From Pseudovirgaria hyperparasitica (lineage: Eukaryota): 64,000 nucleotides of DNA. Below are positions 11,259 through 23,836 of this stretch, piece by piece. The stretch lies in NCBI GenBank assembly GCA_010093815.1, contig ML996567.1; one strand, given 5' to 3'. Position 1 is the first letter of the stretch. Each line of letters starts with the position of its first letter. The notes beneath the pieces were generated by a model. The model saw only the letters and a program-made list of their open reading frames with translations. It was not told where the DNA came from and made no database searches. Both the position numbers and the translations under genes were made by a program.

Positions 11259-14195
11259 CTAATTTGCGTACACGTTGCGACCTTTGTTGACCGTCGATAT
11301 GCCCACATGCACACCATCCCACGCAGACTCAATTCGGATGCCACTTGAGCCCAATTGCATCTCTCGGGTCATATGCTCGGGATCAAGCCCAAGTTTATAA
11401 AGGGCTTCTCGACACCAATCGAGGATGTTTTGCTTGTCTTCTGGTGGTACGACAAAAGTCGATTGCGTATCTATTGCGTGGTCATGTACCGCGCGCCAGA
11501 GAATTCGAATCGTTTGAACATTCGGTCTCCATCTGTCGCGTATTCTTTGGATAGGCAACTGATGTTCCTCCAAGTATACCGGTGTTCGTGGAGGTATGAT
11601 CAGTTTTGGTGCATTGGATTCAAGGGGTCGATCAGGTAGCGGCTGAGTGGATTTGTCCAACCATGACTCTTTAATTCCGAGGCACCATCGGTTGATGAGC
11701 TCTTGTCCTTCGATAACGCCATACGACTGGATAACACCATCAAGGATCGAATTGAAGCATTTAATGTCAGTCTCCAGAAATCGATGTGGCGTGGGCCTCC
11801 AAAGAGCATTCGCGAGAGAATTCCACTGTGGATCAACAGTCGCTAAGATCGCCAACAGAACGTTTCCACTATGCCTTGAAGCATTGTCTAAAGTACCATA
11901 GGAATCTAGACAGTACTTCAGCAGTATGTCCTTCAGTTCGCGTAATGAGGTCATCTCTTGATTGGACGTTCCATGAAGGATCAGCTCCTTCACCATTGAA
12001 GCCATGAAATCAGGATTGCCGACTGAGTGTGAAGCCCCTAGTACCTGCAGGATGTTTCTGACCGATGCCCATCGACGTTGCGATACCTGACCTATGAGCA
12101 ATGCAGAAAGTACAGGCTTTGACAGTGGCCTTTTCTTTTCACCCCAGACGACTGATTGGACTTGGAGTAATTCTTGTAAAAGCGTCCGGTCTTGAGCGGC
12201 AGCACCAAATCGCACGATGGCGGCTGCCAATTCCTTACTAACGTACGCACGCCTTCCAATGACTGGGCCATCAACGTCCATCGAAGTTAAGAGCCATCTG
12301 CCGAAGTCTAGATACCCTGCCTGTGTAGCAATATCAAGTAATGGTCTGAGCACATAGTACGGAATGTATTCGAAGCGTGTAGCGAGCGGATCAGCTACAG
12401 CACTCGCAAACTTATTTCCGATGTGATAGTCATTCGACGTGTCATATGTCTTCAGAGAACGAAAGAATGCTTCCACAGTGCGTTTCTTGTTCACATCCAT
12501 ATACCGTACGAGTTCTATGAACGCTTTGCTAGCCCAAGCCGCATTGGTGGCCGCAGCGAAACTTCGTATGGCGCTATGATAAATTCCTAGCGTAATGCCT
12601 GATGGTTCTGAGATATAATGTGAAGAGTCGTCTATTTTGGCTTGAGGGATAGATGAGTCGAGGCAGTCATCGATCGTTTGTGTTTGGCTCAATGTCGCTA
12701 TATCCAGGGCCAGACGGGGGTTTTTCTTTATCAAATCTCTCTCAGTTTCTAGTATGCGCGCGATAATTGTGTCCCAAGTTATATCATCCATTCCCTGACT
12801 ATCTTCGTCCAGTGCTCGCTTCAATGCACGTATGTGTCTGGTCACCGAACCAACTGTACGCTTCCCAGCGACAGTATCACATTCAATAGTATCGAGAAGT
12901 CCATGAATGAGATTGGCAACAACCTCGCTGCTTATTGTTCTGCCCGCAGAAAAATTATTCTTGATGTTGTCGTGGGACGAACCATTGACCAACTGCCGCG
13001 ACGACGGTTGCTGCGCGGATTCTAGGATGGTGTGCCAGCGAGCGAGTGTCCATCTCTTTGGCGCATTCGTTGATGTAGCTTCGATAACGATTTCCGTAGC
13101 TTCATGTATCCAACCACCATAAACGCAAGACCAAAGCACCAGCTCTAACCAGACTCCCGCAGACAAACCCTCGACCTTTGCCTTGTACCTCGTTCCTGGT
13201 ATTGGGACACCGAGGATATATTTTGGTGGTCCAACACTCATTGCGCCATTGTCCAAAGCAAGATATTCCCACTTGGCATTGGAGAGCGATATCAGTATTG
13301 TCGACGAGAAGAGATGGAGTAGTGGTGATTGTGTAAGTCCGCTCTGGAATTCGTTCTCATGGGATTTGTGCACTTGTTCTGGAATATAATCCATGTGATA
13401 AAGATCTGCCAGAAGTTGCCGTACAGTGACCATCATCTTCGGATCAGATCCATCTTCTGCAGTCCTTAGTATCCATTTACCAAGGCTCTTCCACAGTAGC
13501 CCCATGAAGCGATGGCGAATGTGGCAATCGTCAACCCCCTGGGTCAAAGAATCGGTGAAATCATCCAGGCTTTGAATTTCTTGACCCGGCCGACGGATCT
13601 TTGCGTTCAATCCACCTGTTTTGGTTCCGAGGAAAAGGCCCGTCGCCTTATCTAATGAATACAAAGGCCATGCAATGTTCCCCAAAGGGTCATGCTGAGG
13701 AACCGTGTGTCCATCGGCGGGTAATTGTCTGAGCAAGCTCTTTACTATACGCGATACCGACGTCCAACGGTGTTGTTCCACGCCAAGATATGATAGGATA
13801 TTAATGTGATGTTCTTCTTCCGCCTCAATCAAGAATCTTGCCAAGTCGAGCATATGTACCTGTGAAGCTTCATCTGATGGGTCGATCGAAGAGGGTACAT
13901 GTAGTAGAGAAGGGACGAAGAGCTCCAATTGGGAGACCCAAGCAGCCACATCGCCAATGGACTCATGGGGGGGTTTTGATATTTTTGACCTGGAGGTATT
14001 CGTCGCATCGCCGTGTGAACGTTGTTGCGCCACGCGCATAGTAGATGGGGAAGTCCATGTTTGACTCTTGGGGGTCGATGCAAATCGCCGCAAGTGTTGC
14101 CATGAAGTTGGCGCGAGAAAGTCGAGAACTACGGTTCTATTACCAGGCGAGATCTTGAGTGCCCGCGTTAGAACAGAAGCAAAGCACGTATGCAT
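11259..14195 (-). CDS. Large intronless hypothetical protein (~980 aa), possibly mitochondrial and helical
   Basis: >3 kb open frame. The ORF-track start is GTG; ATG 14195 gives an Arg/Ser-rich presequence-like N-terminus (MHTCFASVLTRALKISPGNRT..LRRFAS). ATG 14285 is an alternative start. Confidence 0.75.
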   Translation of the reverse strand: MHTCFASVLTRALKISPGNRTVVLDFLAPTSWQHLRRFASTPKSQTWTSPSTMRVAQQRSHGDATNTSRSKISKPPHESIGDVAAWVSQLELFVPSLLHVPSSIDPSDEASQVHMLDLARFLIEAEEEHHINILSYLGVEQHRWTSVSRIVKSLLRQLPADGHTVPQHDPLGNIAWPLYSLDKATGLFLGTKTGGLNAKIRRPGQEIQSLDDFTDSLTQGVDDCHIRHRFMGLLWKSLGKWILRTAEDGSDPKMMVTVRQLLADLYHMDYIPEQVHKSHENEFQSGLTQSPLLHLFSSTILISLSNAKWEYLALDNGAMSVGPPKYILGVPIPGTRYKAKVEGLSAGVWLELVLWSCVYGGWIHEATEIVIEATSTNAPKRWTLARWHTILESAQQPSSRQLVNGSSHDNIKNNFSAGRTISSEVVANLIHGLLDTIECDTVAGKRTVGSVTRHIRALKRALDEDSQGMDDITWDTIIARILETERDLIKKNPRLALDIATLSQTQTIDDCLDSSIPQAKIDDSSHYISEPSGITLGIYHSAIRSFAAATNAAWASKAFIELVRYMDVNKKRTVEAFFRSLKTYDTSNDYHIGNKFASAVADPLATRFEYIPYYVLRPLLDIATQAGYLDFGRWLLTSMDVDGPVIGRRAYVSKELAAAIVRFGAAAQDRTLLQELLQVQSVVWGEKKRPLSKPVLSALLIGQVSQRRWASVRNILQVLGASHSVGNPDFMASMVKELILHGTSNQEMTSLRELKDILLKYCLDSYGTLDNASRHSGNVLLAILATVDPQWNSLANALWRPTPHRFLETDIKCFNSILDGVIQSYGVIEGQELINRWCLGIKESWLDKSTQPLPDRPLESNAPKLIIPPRTPVYLEEHQLPIQRIRDRWRPNVQTIRILWRAVHDHAIDTQSTFVVPPEDKQNILDWCREALYKLGLDPEHMTREMQLGSSGIRIESAWDGVHVGISTVNKGRNVYAN

Positions 14196-14649
14196 GGGTG
14201 TATAGCATGAGGAAGCGTGAAACAAGATGTCTCTACAAGGGAAAATGTTTGCGGCGGCTCGGAAGTCGGCCAGATCTTGATCCATCCCGGATCCATCATA
14301 CGGATGACGTGCTGCATTCTTCAAGCCGCAGCTGCCTCCAGAACGCGCTCTTACGCGTCCGGATACCGCAGCTCCATCGTGATCCAGCGACGCAATCTTT
14401 CGCAACGTTGTTGACACAGCTGCTTCTACTCGAAAGAACTATCCTCACGACAAACCCTTTTCCCTCTGCTACTGCAATCGTTTCAGTTACTCCAGGACTC
14501 TGATCAATCTACAACTTACGAGGTCAGCATTTGGTCATCCTGCTGAGTTCTCTCTTTTTGAGCTCTTCTTTTGTGTTTCCATTCACTCAAGTTGCCACGA
14601 CTTCCATAAGCTAAATTCATGTACAGCTACGGCTCGTAGAATTGCCACC

Positions 14650-15759
14650 ATGCCGACGTATCGCATCGGTGAGTTCACTAGCCTTTCTTTTATGTGGACA
14701 TCAATCGCTTAGGGCATGGTCGAGAGATGTTGAAGAAATCGCTGCACGACCAATGTTGCATATATCTGTATGACGGTGACAAGACTAATGCCTTACGATA
14801 GAAATTTCCCCAAACAATCGCGCTGCTTGTAAAGGCAGCCCAGACTGTAAAGAAAATAAAACCAAGTTATTGAAGGGCGAGATTCGCTTCGGAACATGGG
14901 TTGAGATCAATGAGCATGGCAGCTGGGCATGGCGCCATTGGGGTTGTGTCACGCCGCAAGTCCTGGTAGGACTTAAAGAAACCTGCGAGGGCGACATGAA
15001 CCTTGTAGATGGCCATGAGGAACTAGACAGTGAAATGCAACAAAAAGTCGAGCGCGCTATAAAGCAAGGCCACGTTGATGATGAGGACTGGAAGGGCGTA
15101 TGTTCTCACTCCCTCTAGTAACAAGCGAAATACTGACTGTAGTCCAGGATCCCGAGTTCAATCGTCAGGGCATGAAGGGTTACGCATCCCGTAAAAAGAA
15201 GGCTTCCAAGAACACCGAGGATGACGACAAGTCTGGAGAACCTGAGAAGCCTGCCACGAGAACGACATCCAAGAAGCGCCGCAAGGCTGATGAAGAGGAA
15301 CCCGAAGAGGAGAAAGCATCGACTGCAAAGAAGTCTCGTACGAAGACGACCGTCAAAGCGGAGGGTGGAGGTGAGGATGCAAAGAGGTCACGCTCCTATA
15401 AAGCTGGCAAAGCAAAGGAAGAAGAAGACGCTAGAGAGGTTTCTGCGGACGGTTTTAAGAAAACACTGAAGTCAAAGATTGCCAATGGGACCGGCTCACT
15501 TTCTTCGCCTCCCAAGAAGTCCATGGGTGTCAAGAAGACTATCAAAAAAGCACCCAAGACAGAGGCTGGTGAAGACGTGGAATCAATCTCGCCCTCTGCG
15601 AAGAAGTCCAAGGTTGTCAAGAAGACTTCCAAGAGGGTCCTGAGAGATGGGCCTGATTCTGAAGCTGAAGTGGACCCACCACAAAAGAAGTATTAATCAC
15701 TCTGTTTCGTCACCTCTTTTTCTAACATCACGTATAGGAGAAGAGCAAAGAGAGGCTGA
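14650..15759 (+). CDS. PARP-type zinc finger protein (Hpz1-like) with Lys-rich tail; exons 14650-14668, 14802-15097, 15148-15689, 15738-15759
   Basis: MPTYRI|EISPNNRAACKGSPDC..KGEIRFG..WRHWGC is a zf-PARP C-C-H-C pattern. Good Kozak context (GCCACCATG). No catalytic ART domain. The last intron is less certain (unspliced stop at 15696). Confidence 0.88.
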
Positions 15760-16551
15760 ACACGACTTGAGTCATGCAGGAAGCATCGGCGGATTAGAAT
15801 TATTCAACACGCTGCCCCATGTGTTTGTCAATTTGTAAGTTTACAGTGACAACTTACACGAGATTACACGAGAGGCGTGAAAGAACCATGGTTTATGCGG
15901 GAATTTACGTCTACCCTATAGAAAAGGACAGGCGCCTACGGATCGAAGAAAACTGCTCCTATGATCTATCTCCACGAAGGGAACGAATAAAGTATATGAT
16001 TTGTCAACCGGTGTTAGCAGGATACCCAACTGTAGTATTAGGATTGGACATGGTTTGACATTGCGTTAGCACCGCGCCTACACGTAGACGATATACCCGA
16101 ATCGTAAAAGGCCCTGTCTAAGCCCGATCTCAGATCTTCATTCATCCCCGCTCTGCTTGGCCCACCTTCATCTGGCCCAGTGTCCGTCTCGGAGTGGATC
16201 AATTGCGCCTATGAAAGACGTCACCATTCAGATAGCGCGCTCTCACGTGAGACCGCGCCATCATTTCATCATGAAATGTGTACGGAAACTCAGCATTGTC
16301 ACAGTTTTGAAAACGCCAACGCAAGGTATTGACCATGATCCTCGTCATCATCGAGTTTTCACGTCGTCATAACCACGATCGGAGTCAAGGTGCCAACGCA
16401 TGGTGACATTGTAAGATCTGTGCTAAAAACTATCGACCTGTCAATTGTACAACAAGTACATATATAGAAAGAAAGCCTGACATGAAATAAAATTTCCAAC
16501 AAATCATTTCGTGTATTTTCCCCATCTTCGCCAACATTCAAAGATCCAAAC

Positions 16552-16948
16552 ATGTCATCCAACTCCGAGATTCCCACAGGCAATTTCCAAGACAACGACT
16601 ACAAATCGCGTCCCGGCCAGAGCGAGATTCCTGTCACCAGTGATGATGCTCCCATCGAAGACCCTATCGATGCGGCAACTGCTGATTCTGATGAACAGCT
16701 GGGTAAATAGTCTCTAAAGGCATACGGTCTCGTATCTAACATTTCAAAGAACGCGATGACCGCGATGCTATAAATAAGGAGAACATTATTGGTGACCGTA
16801 CGCGGGGCGCCACCAAGAAGTCGGGTACTTATACCGAGCCTGGTGATGAAGAGGTATTCACACGTCTGCCCGCGATTGATCTTTGTTCTGACTTATCACG
16901 CAGGGACTTCCAGGACCGGAAGATGGTACTTCTAGTGGTAGTCAATGA
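16552..16948 (+). CDS. Small acidic conserved fungal protein (~99 aa) with a CHZ histone-chaperone-like motif; exons 16552-16702, 16750-16853, 16904-16948
   Basis: MSSNSEIPTGNFQDNDYKSRPGQSEIPVTSDDAPIEDPID..DSDEQL|ERDDRDAINKENIIGDRTRG..EPGDEE|GLPGPEDGTSSGSQ*; both introns have canonical sites and preserve frame. Confidence 0.85.
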
Positions 16949-17383
16949 TTTTTAGTCCGTCGATTTATATGTGCTTGTTGTGGTATAAACCGCATATTAT
17001 CGTTGGAGTCATTACGTTGAAATTTTTTAATCAATATCGATTAAGAATAAGCGCTTCACCTTTCGAATAATCGAGTTTGCTAGTACATATTGCATGACTG
17101 ATTGATCGATCTGCCAGTTCTGTCAAGATATGAATCAACAAAACCTGCTACATCCCATCAGTACACTGCACGCAAGTAAGATGGTGTACTTTCTGAAGAA
17201 ACATCTGTTCCCTCGTTAGTTGGTATATGCAAAACAGCAATGCGAACAGTTTGTGGTCTATAGCTCCTTATCAGAATTAGATGGTACATATATTACAGGA
17301 GGGTTTGACAGCATAAGGAAATTCTAATATCAAGCTTGTAGGTCCAGCTGAACTACGAAGTATGTCTGCACGGCGAGCAGGCC

Positions 17384-17820
17384 TGTGACCGTTAACCGCC
17401 CTACTATCGTCTAGACTCCCGGGTATGTGGCCATAGAACGTGAATGGCGTTACTAAGTAGGCGTGGTTACAGTTAGTACCGCCAAATTCTACCTAGTAAA
17501 GACCCTGGACTACCGGTGAATATATTCTTAGTACTACTAGGGCCTTAGAAGGGTTCCTAGCAGGTAATACCGCCCGTATAGCTATCCTATAATGGAAGAT
17601 TCTTACGTGATGTCGGAGTCTAGACGACAAGGGTGCGAAGTACATCGCATCGTAAGTAGATCCACGCCATCCAATCATGTTCAAACCATACGTGACGTTA
17701 GAAGGAATAAGGAGGGAGGGGGTGGCCTAGAGGTCTGTGAAATAGGTGTAAATATATCTGGCGCACGTAAAGGCGTCTAAGTCTCTAAAAACGGGACTAA
17801 TTACTCGACCGCGCAGTTAC
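17384..17820. mobile_element. Probable RIP-mutated repeat relic (solo-LTR/MITE-like); boundaries approximate
   Basis: Local TpA excess (tactaagtag, tagtactactag); 13-bp inverted repeat at 17407-17419/17615-17627; starts TGTGAC. Confidence 0.35.
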
Positions 17821-18243
17821 TCAGACTCGAGTGGGATGCAGACTATGCTTTTACATCATCATATTTTTTATCTCCTGGGTCGTACCTCCATGTGGACCAG
17901 AAACTCACCATACTGCAGGTAATTGCCAATCAAGTGCCTTCCTGTCAGGGAGATATCACCATATGAATTATACCATGCGCATTGAATCAGTCTGCGATGG
18001 CGAGGCTCGATCCAATCAGCTCGTAGCCACACACAACTGGCATTTGCAGACGATGCTTCTCATGCAGGACTAAAGCCTAGGGCTAAGCTAGAGATTGTAA
18101 ATCTGTGTGCCAGTCTATCCTCTCGGTACATCGTGCTCTGGAAGCTTTGTTCTCTACACGAGTTCGATGATGTACTTTCTCGGCTAAGACTTATTTCTCT
18201 TTTCATACTTGATCAGGTACAATGATAATGACACGTAATTTGC

Positions 18244-19300
18244 GTGGAATCAACAGCGATTGAACACGAAAAGGGTCAATCGCCGACATGTGACTTAAAT
18301 GCCAACTTAGTGAAGCAAATTGAAGACCTCCCGGTTGATCGGATCTATACAATTCCCAAACATCCTGATATATTGGACTTATTCGGTCTTTACGGAGCTG
18401 GGAAGTCGACTGGTACAGCATTCATCAGTGGTAATTAAAGCCAGCAAGCGCAACGTCCGATATCAATTCGCTGGACTTACTTTGCTTTTCCAAGCTGTCT
18501 TGAACAATCCCGGCTTGGTGTCTGTCCACAATGTAATAAATGCTGCTGACGACCTCACTGCGAGGCAAACTCTGTTCTTTGTTGCCCGTATCGGGGGTGT
18601 CTCCGACCTGGTTGACGCTGTACCTGCTGGTAATTACAAAGGCTTGCGGTAGTGTAGATTGGTCCAAGTAGCTTAGCAACAAGCCTATAGGACTCACAAA
18701 GTGCAGGCTTCCCTTACCACTGTCGTATCGGCAACATGGATATACCTTTGTTTGAAGAGCTATTATCAGTAGTCGATGTGAGACCAACATATGTGATGTG
18801 AAAGCGGTCGGGAGAATTTGGTGATATTCAAGAAATCACATTGACAACACGTAGCACATAGGAAGCCGCCGCACTGACTAATAAAGTCGGTATCGTGGAG
18901 TCGCGTATGCCTACTATAAGCGGTGAAACCAAGCTTGAGGTTCAAGCAGGTAGCGAGTATTCTGTTCATACTTTCATCCTCGATCCGCTTGAGTCGAAAT
19001 CATGACGCGTCGGAGAGCCTGGATAATCAGTTCAACAAAGATGTACCTAGCATCAAGAAGTCCAGGTGCGTAATGATGTATGGGTGGTTGGACTCTGGGA
19101 GTGTTAGCGAGGTCTCTGATGTCATCTTGAAAAGAAGGGTGAGCGAGCTCTTGTCTTATATCATGTCAGAGGGTAGGTTCAAATCAAACATCTGACAGTC
19201 TGTCTTTCTCATTGCTCGGTGGGAAATTCATAGCAATATAGTCGACCAAGCTTCCTGCCCAGGAAGCAAGGCTTTGATGTTTACCTGGTCAGCTACTATT
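18244..19300 (+). pseudogene. Heavily degraded NACHT/STAND NTPase relic
   Basis: Colinear motifs across frames: Walker A GLYGAGKST, Walker-B-like LFQAVLNNPGLVSVHNVINAADD, WIYL/FEEL, then ILFILSSSIRLS; many stops and frameshifts. Confidence 0.45.
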
Positions 19301-19957
19301 TCGGTTCCTCGTATTTTCGTCAGCGTATCTCCACTAATTAATTCGAATTCGTGACCTGATATGTATAGAATGATATTTAGATGGAATGCGCAGCCCTGTT
19401 CAACAAAGTGCGGGCTTAGCGTGTCTCGTATATTCGAATTCGCGTTCGTGTTCGTGCTCGTGAGTGGCTACCGAAACTTCGTACAAGCTACACCACGGCT
19501 AGGCTAGTTACGGATGAGATGAAGAGTCTCCGATTGGTCGGAGTTGGTGGCAGCATAGCCTCAGGTTGGTAAATCGTAGCCTGAGGCCGACAGAGTACTA
19601 GATCTAAGAACCTCCTTCTTACCTCTTTGAGCTTAGGAATGCATGTCCACATGGTACCATGTTTAGTGGATTGTGTATTGTGCAGTCTAAAAGCACAAAC
19701 GTGGTCAAAGTACGGGAGGGCTAATTTCCCGAGCCTCGCCTCCGTAAATAGTAGATATAACCACCCTCGTATTGATACGGATTCGCACGGATACAATGGC
19801 CTTTACGAGTTTATACATATAATAGCTTCCGCCACACGACTTTCAAGCCATACGAGCAATACAAATACACGGCACAATATCTATGGCGTCATAAACTGTA
19901 CTCATATATTTCTTCAGCAAAACAATCGAAAATTCCTCAAAGCTCTGTGAGAGCAGC

Positions 19958-21643
19958 ATGGCCGCCAGTATACCCGAGAAATCGTCAGTCAACGAGGAGA
20001 CTCAAATGCAAGATGTCGAAAAGCAGTCAGACATCTCCACCGAACCTACGACAGCCTTAGATCCCAATCTAATTGGATGGGATGAGCCAGAAGATAAGGA
20101 CCCAGCGAATCCGCAGAACTGGTCATCGGGAAAGAAATGGCTGAATGTTGGAATCCTCTCATTCATCACTTTCTTGACGTAAGCACTTTCTGAGATTGGC
20201 GGGTACTATATATCTGTATATATCTATATAGCTAATTACGTGTAGACCTCTCGCCTCGTCGATGTTCGCTCCTGGTGTGCCTATAGTCCTCGAAGAATTC
20301 GGGAGCACGTCTTCGACTGACGCAACTTTTGTCGTTTCGATCTTCGTGCTAGGATTTGGGATCGGCCCTCTGATCTTCGGCCCACTTAGTGAGATATATG
20401 GTCGACTGCCTGTGTATCACATATGCAATCTTTTCTTCATTCTTTTCACGGTCCTATGCGGTGTTGCACAGAACATGGACACGCTCTTGGCCGTGCGCTT
20501 CTTCGCCGGCTGTTTTGGAGTCGCTGTTATCACATGTGGCGGAGGATCAGTGAGTCCATCTCCGACGCTAGCAAAATGTCAGACTGACTTGGTACCAGAT
20601 TGCAGATATGATGCCTCCCCAAGAACGCGGCGGAGCAATGGCGATCTGGAGTGTCGGGCCTATTCTAGGACCTGTAATTGGACCAGTCACTGGAGGATTT
20701 CTCATTGACGCGTTGGGTTGGAGATGGGTCTTTTGGCTTCTCACAATCCTGGTTAGTGCATCTGGCCCGACGTACTGATACTGACACCTGCTAATGCTAA
20801 TATTTCAAGTCTGGAACGATAACAGTTATCGCGTTCGTAGGATTGAGCGAAACATACGCCCCTGTCCTCCTCGCTCGAAAAGCTGCCCGTTTACGCAAAG
20901 AAACTGGCAATACGGAACTGCAATCGAATCTCGCAACCGATCAAAGTAAGAAAGCTGTGTTTGCAACCGCGATTGTCCGGCCTATGAAGCTGCTTGTCTG
21001 CTGTCCCATTGTCACGCTCATGGCGGTCTACATTTCGATCGCATATGGCTTACTATATATCTTGTTCACGACCTTCACGTTCGTGTTTGACGACGTATAC
21101 AACTTTGGCCCCTCGACCGCAGGGTTATCTTTCTTGGGTGCCGGTATCGGATCGTTGGCTGGCATGTTTTATGTTGGTGTCTTATCCGACAGACACCTCA
21201 AGAAGATCATCGCATCAGGCCGGAAACCAACCCCTGAGGACCGCCTACCATTGTTCCTGACAGTTCCTGGCTCTCTCTCACTTCCGGCTGGCTTATTCAT
21301 ATATGGTTGGTCGACGAACTATGCAGTACATTGGATCGTACCTGAGATTGGTACTGCGGTAACGGGGTATGGTATGATGGTCTTGGTCATGTGCATTCAG
21401 GTCTACCTTGTTGATGCCTTCAGCATCCATGCGGCAAGTGTTATTGCGGCGAATGCGGTATTGAGGAGTGTGCTTGGCGCACTGTTACCGCTGTGTGCAT
21501 TGGATATGTATGAAAAGCTGGGATTAGGTTGGGGTAACAGTTTATTGGCGTTCATTGCGGTAGCTCTGGCTCCTGTGCCCTGGATATTTGGATGGTGGGG
21601 TGAGAGATTGCGGACAAATCCAAAATACCAGTTGAATCTATAG
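19958..21643 (+). CDS. MFS drug:H+ antiporter, DHA1 family; 4 exons
   Basis: [73 protein letters not shown] motifs. Confidence 0.93.
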
Positions 21644-22514
21644 ATAGATTTATGGATGACTGATCCCGAAATAGTAATATCTTGACTTTGAGACGCTGGG
21701 AATAGCACTCACCTACTCCATTTCTCTTGTGTTTTACGCCAATGGAAAGTTTCCGAAGACGAAAACAGGTTACTCTTCTTGAGTCGATTTTGGGGCCGTA
21801 ATTACTGATACCTAAAGTCGGGGCAGCTCTTTCAGGCTCCACCATCGTAACTTAACCGCATATCTTAGCTTCAAGTTTTGGCCCGAAGCTAGCACCTATC
21901 TTTCTGCCTAGTTAGCTAGCGATTCAAACAGTGTCGAATTATCTCTTGTCACGGTGGATTGCTATCACTTGCTTGAGTAATAGAGAGCTAGTAAATCCTC
22001 CGAAGAATTTGAGGGGAAAGAATATAGGGAAAGAATATGGGAAAAGAGGGCTGGTAAACACCATGTTCAGCCGGTAACTACAACTTGATGGTCATAAAAG
22101 CGCCATTTTCCTGTTTGACATCTGTTCACATGAACTTGCATGCAAGAGCTTGAAGCACGTTTACTGTACCATACTCTTGATTGATTTTGCTATCCCAATG
22201 ATATTTCTTCAAACATACATTTTCTAAGCTTGCCTGTCAAGACAACCACTAGTCTATGTTAGAGGCTCAAATCATTGTGCCACAGAACCGAGACGACCAA
22301 AGCCAGAAGTAATAGCAATAGCCGCCGAAAGGTATATCTGTATTTGACACATCATCTGAGATTCGATCGAATCAAGGTTTGGGACAGTGACAAAATGAAC
22401 TGAACTCTACTCTGAATTCGCATGAGACATGTCTGCAATTAGGTTCAGAAACACATTACGTCACACAACGGTTTGGGCTTCAATGTTCTCGTGTATGGAA
22501 ATGAAGTTATCATT

Positions 22515-23836
22515 CTATACAGACTCCTTAGTACTTTCCCTTGCTTCTTCGTCCTTGTTCTCCGCTTTTTGTATCTGCTCTTCTTCCCAAGTTTTGATGC
22601 ATGGCGCCTTGAAAATTTCTCCGGACCAACTTCTCTCGATTGTCCTCGAAGCAACTATGATCCATAACACAACCACGGTCAGAGAAAAGATCGTCCCAAG
22701 AACCTTGAAGAATAGACTCGGTAGCTCTTGTGCGAGGGTCGTCGTAGCAACAGTATACACACCCAACGGGAATGTGAAGCCCCACCATCCAATGTTGAAA
22801 GGGAATTTCGATCTTGAAATGGATGCGACTGCAAAGAAGAGCCAGGCGAGTCCAGCGCCCCACATCAACAATGCAATCATGATACCAACCGTATACAGGA
22901 TCTGTCCTGCAAAAGGAGCCGCTGGTATAGAGTTTGTCTTTGGAAACAGATCCATCGAAACTTTGCCAAGCTGCATGATTCCAAAGGCCCCCTGACCAAA
23001 TGGGCCAAGAGGCAAGAAGACGGAGACAATGACCTCGCGAGGTGGCAAGTCGTGGAGAGTCAAGCGCGTGAAGTATACAACGAGGACGATCATCGCTAGC
23101 GACACGCCGCAGCCCCACATTACATAGCTGAAGACAACTGTCCACCACGCATGCTGAACGTTTTCGAGAACTGAGGCAACGATACCGCCTGAAGCAGCTG
23201 CAACAATTGTAGCCACGATAGGAAGTAGCCAGGCCGCGGTTATGCTCCCAAGCTTATTCTACATCTTATAAGCCGACAAAACTTTCCCCTCGTATGGTAT
23301 ACACTCACCTCGTGGACTCTCATAATCAAGAACGGCAACCATAAATTCGTTGCCAGTGACACCGCTGCATCAAGCCACCATAAAGCCCATGCCAACTTGG
23401 CAACCCACTGACCCCATGCCGGGACACAGACGAAACAGATCATGTTAATGATAGTCGAAAGACCCATTGGAAATGTGCCCAAAAACAGACTCTGTACCGG
23501 ATGGCTGGTCATGCAACTCCACACGCCCCTGAAGACCGCATATCGAACCAAGCTCACTAGCGTGAAGAGCACGAACAGGAAGACGTTTAACGCGAAGATC
23601 ACGACGGAAATCCAATAGATCCAGTTCGAGTTGTAGGGAAGATTGTGCAGTAGTATTGAGACGATGCCGGTGCCCATTGTGACGGCGAACCAGCTCGGGG
23701 TGAAGTTGAGTACAACACGCCGCCATCCTTTTTTGTTGCGACATTGTGCAGAGTGTTCGAGTGCCGCGTGGTTATTTAGTGAGTGGTGAGAATCAAATGT
23801 GCTGCCTGTGACGGATTCAAATGCAGAGGGATCCAT
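22515..23836 (-). CDS. SSU1: TDT/SLAC1-family transporter, sulfite efflux pump Ssu1-like; intron 23308-23259
   Basis: NFTPSWFAVTMGTGIVSILLH, SLFLGTFPMGL, ITAAWLLPIVATIVAAASG, SVFLPLGPFGQG, FNIGWWGFTFPLGV. Confidence 0.9.
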
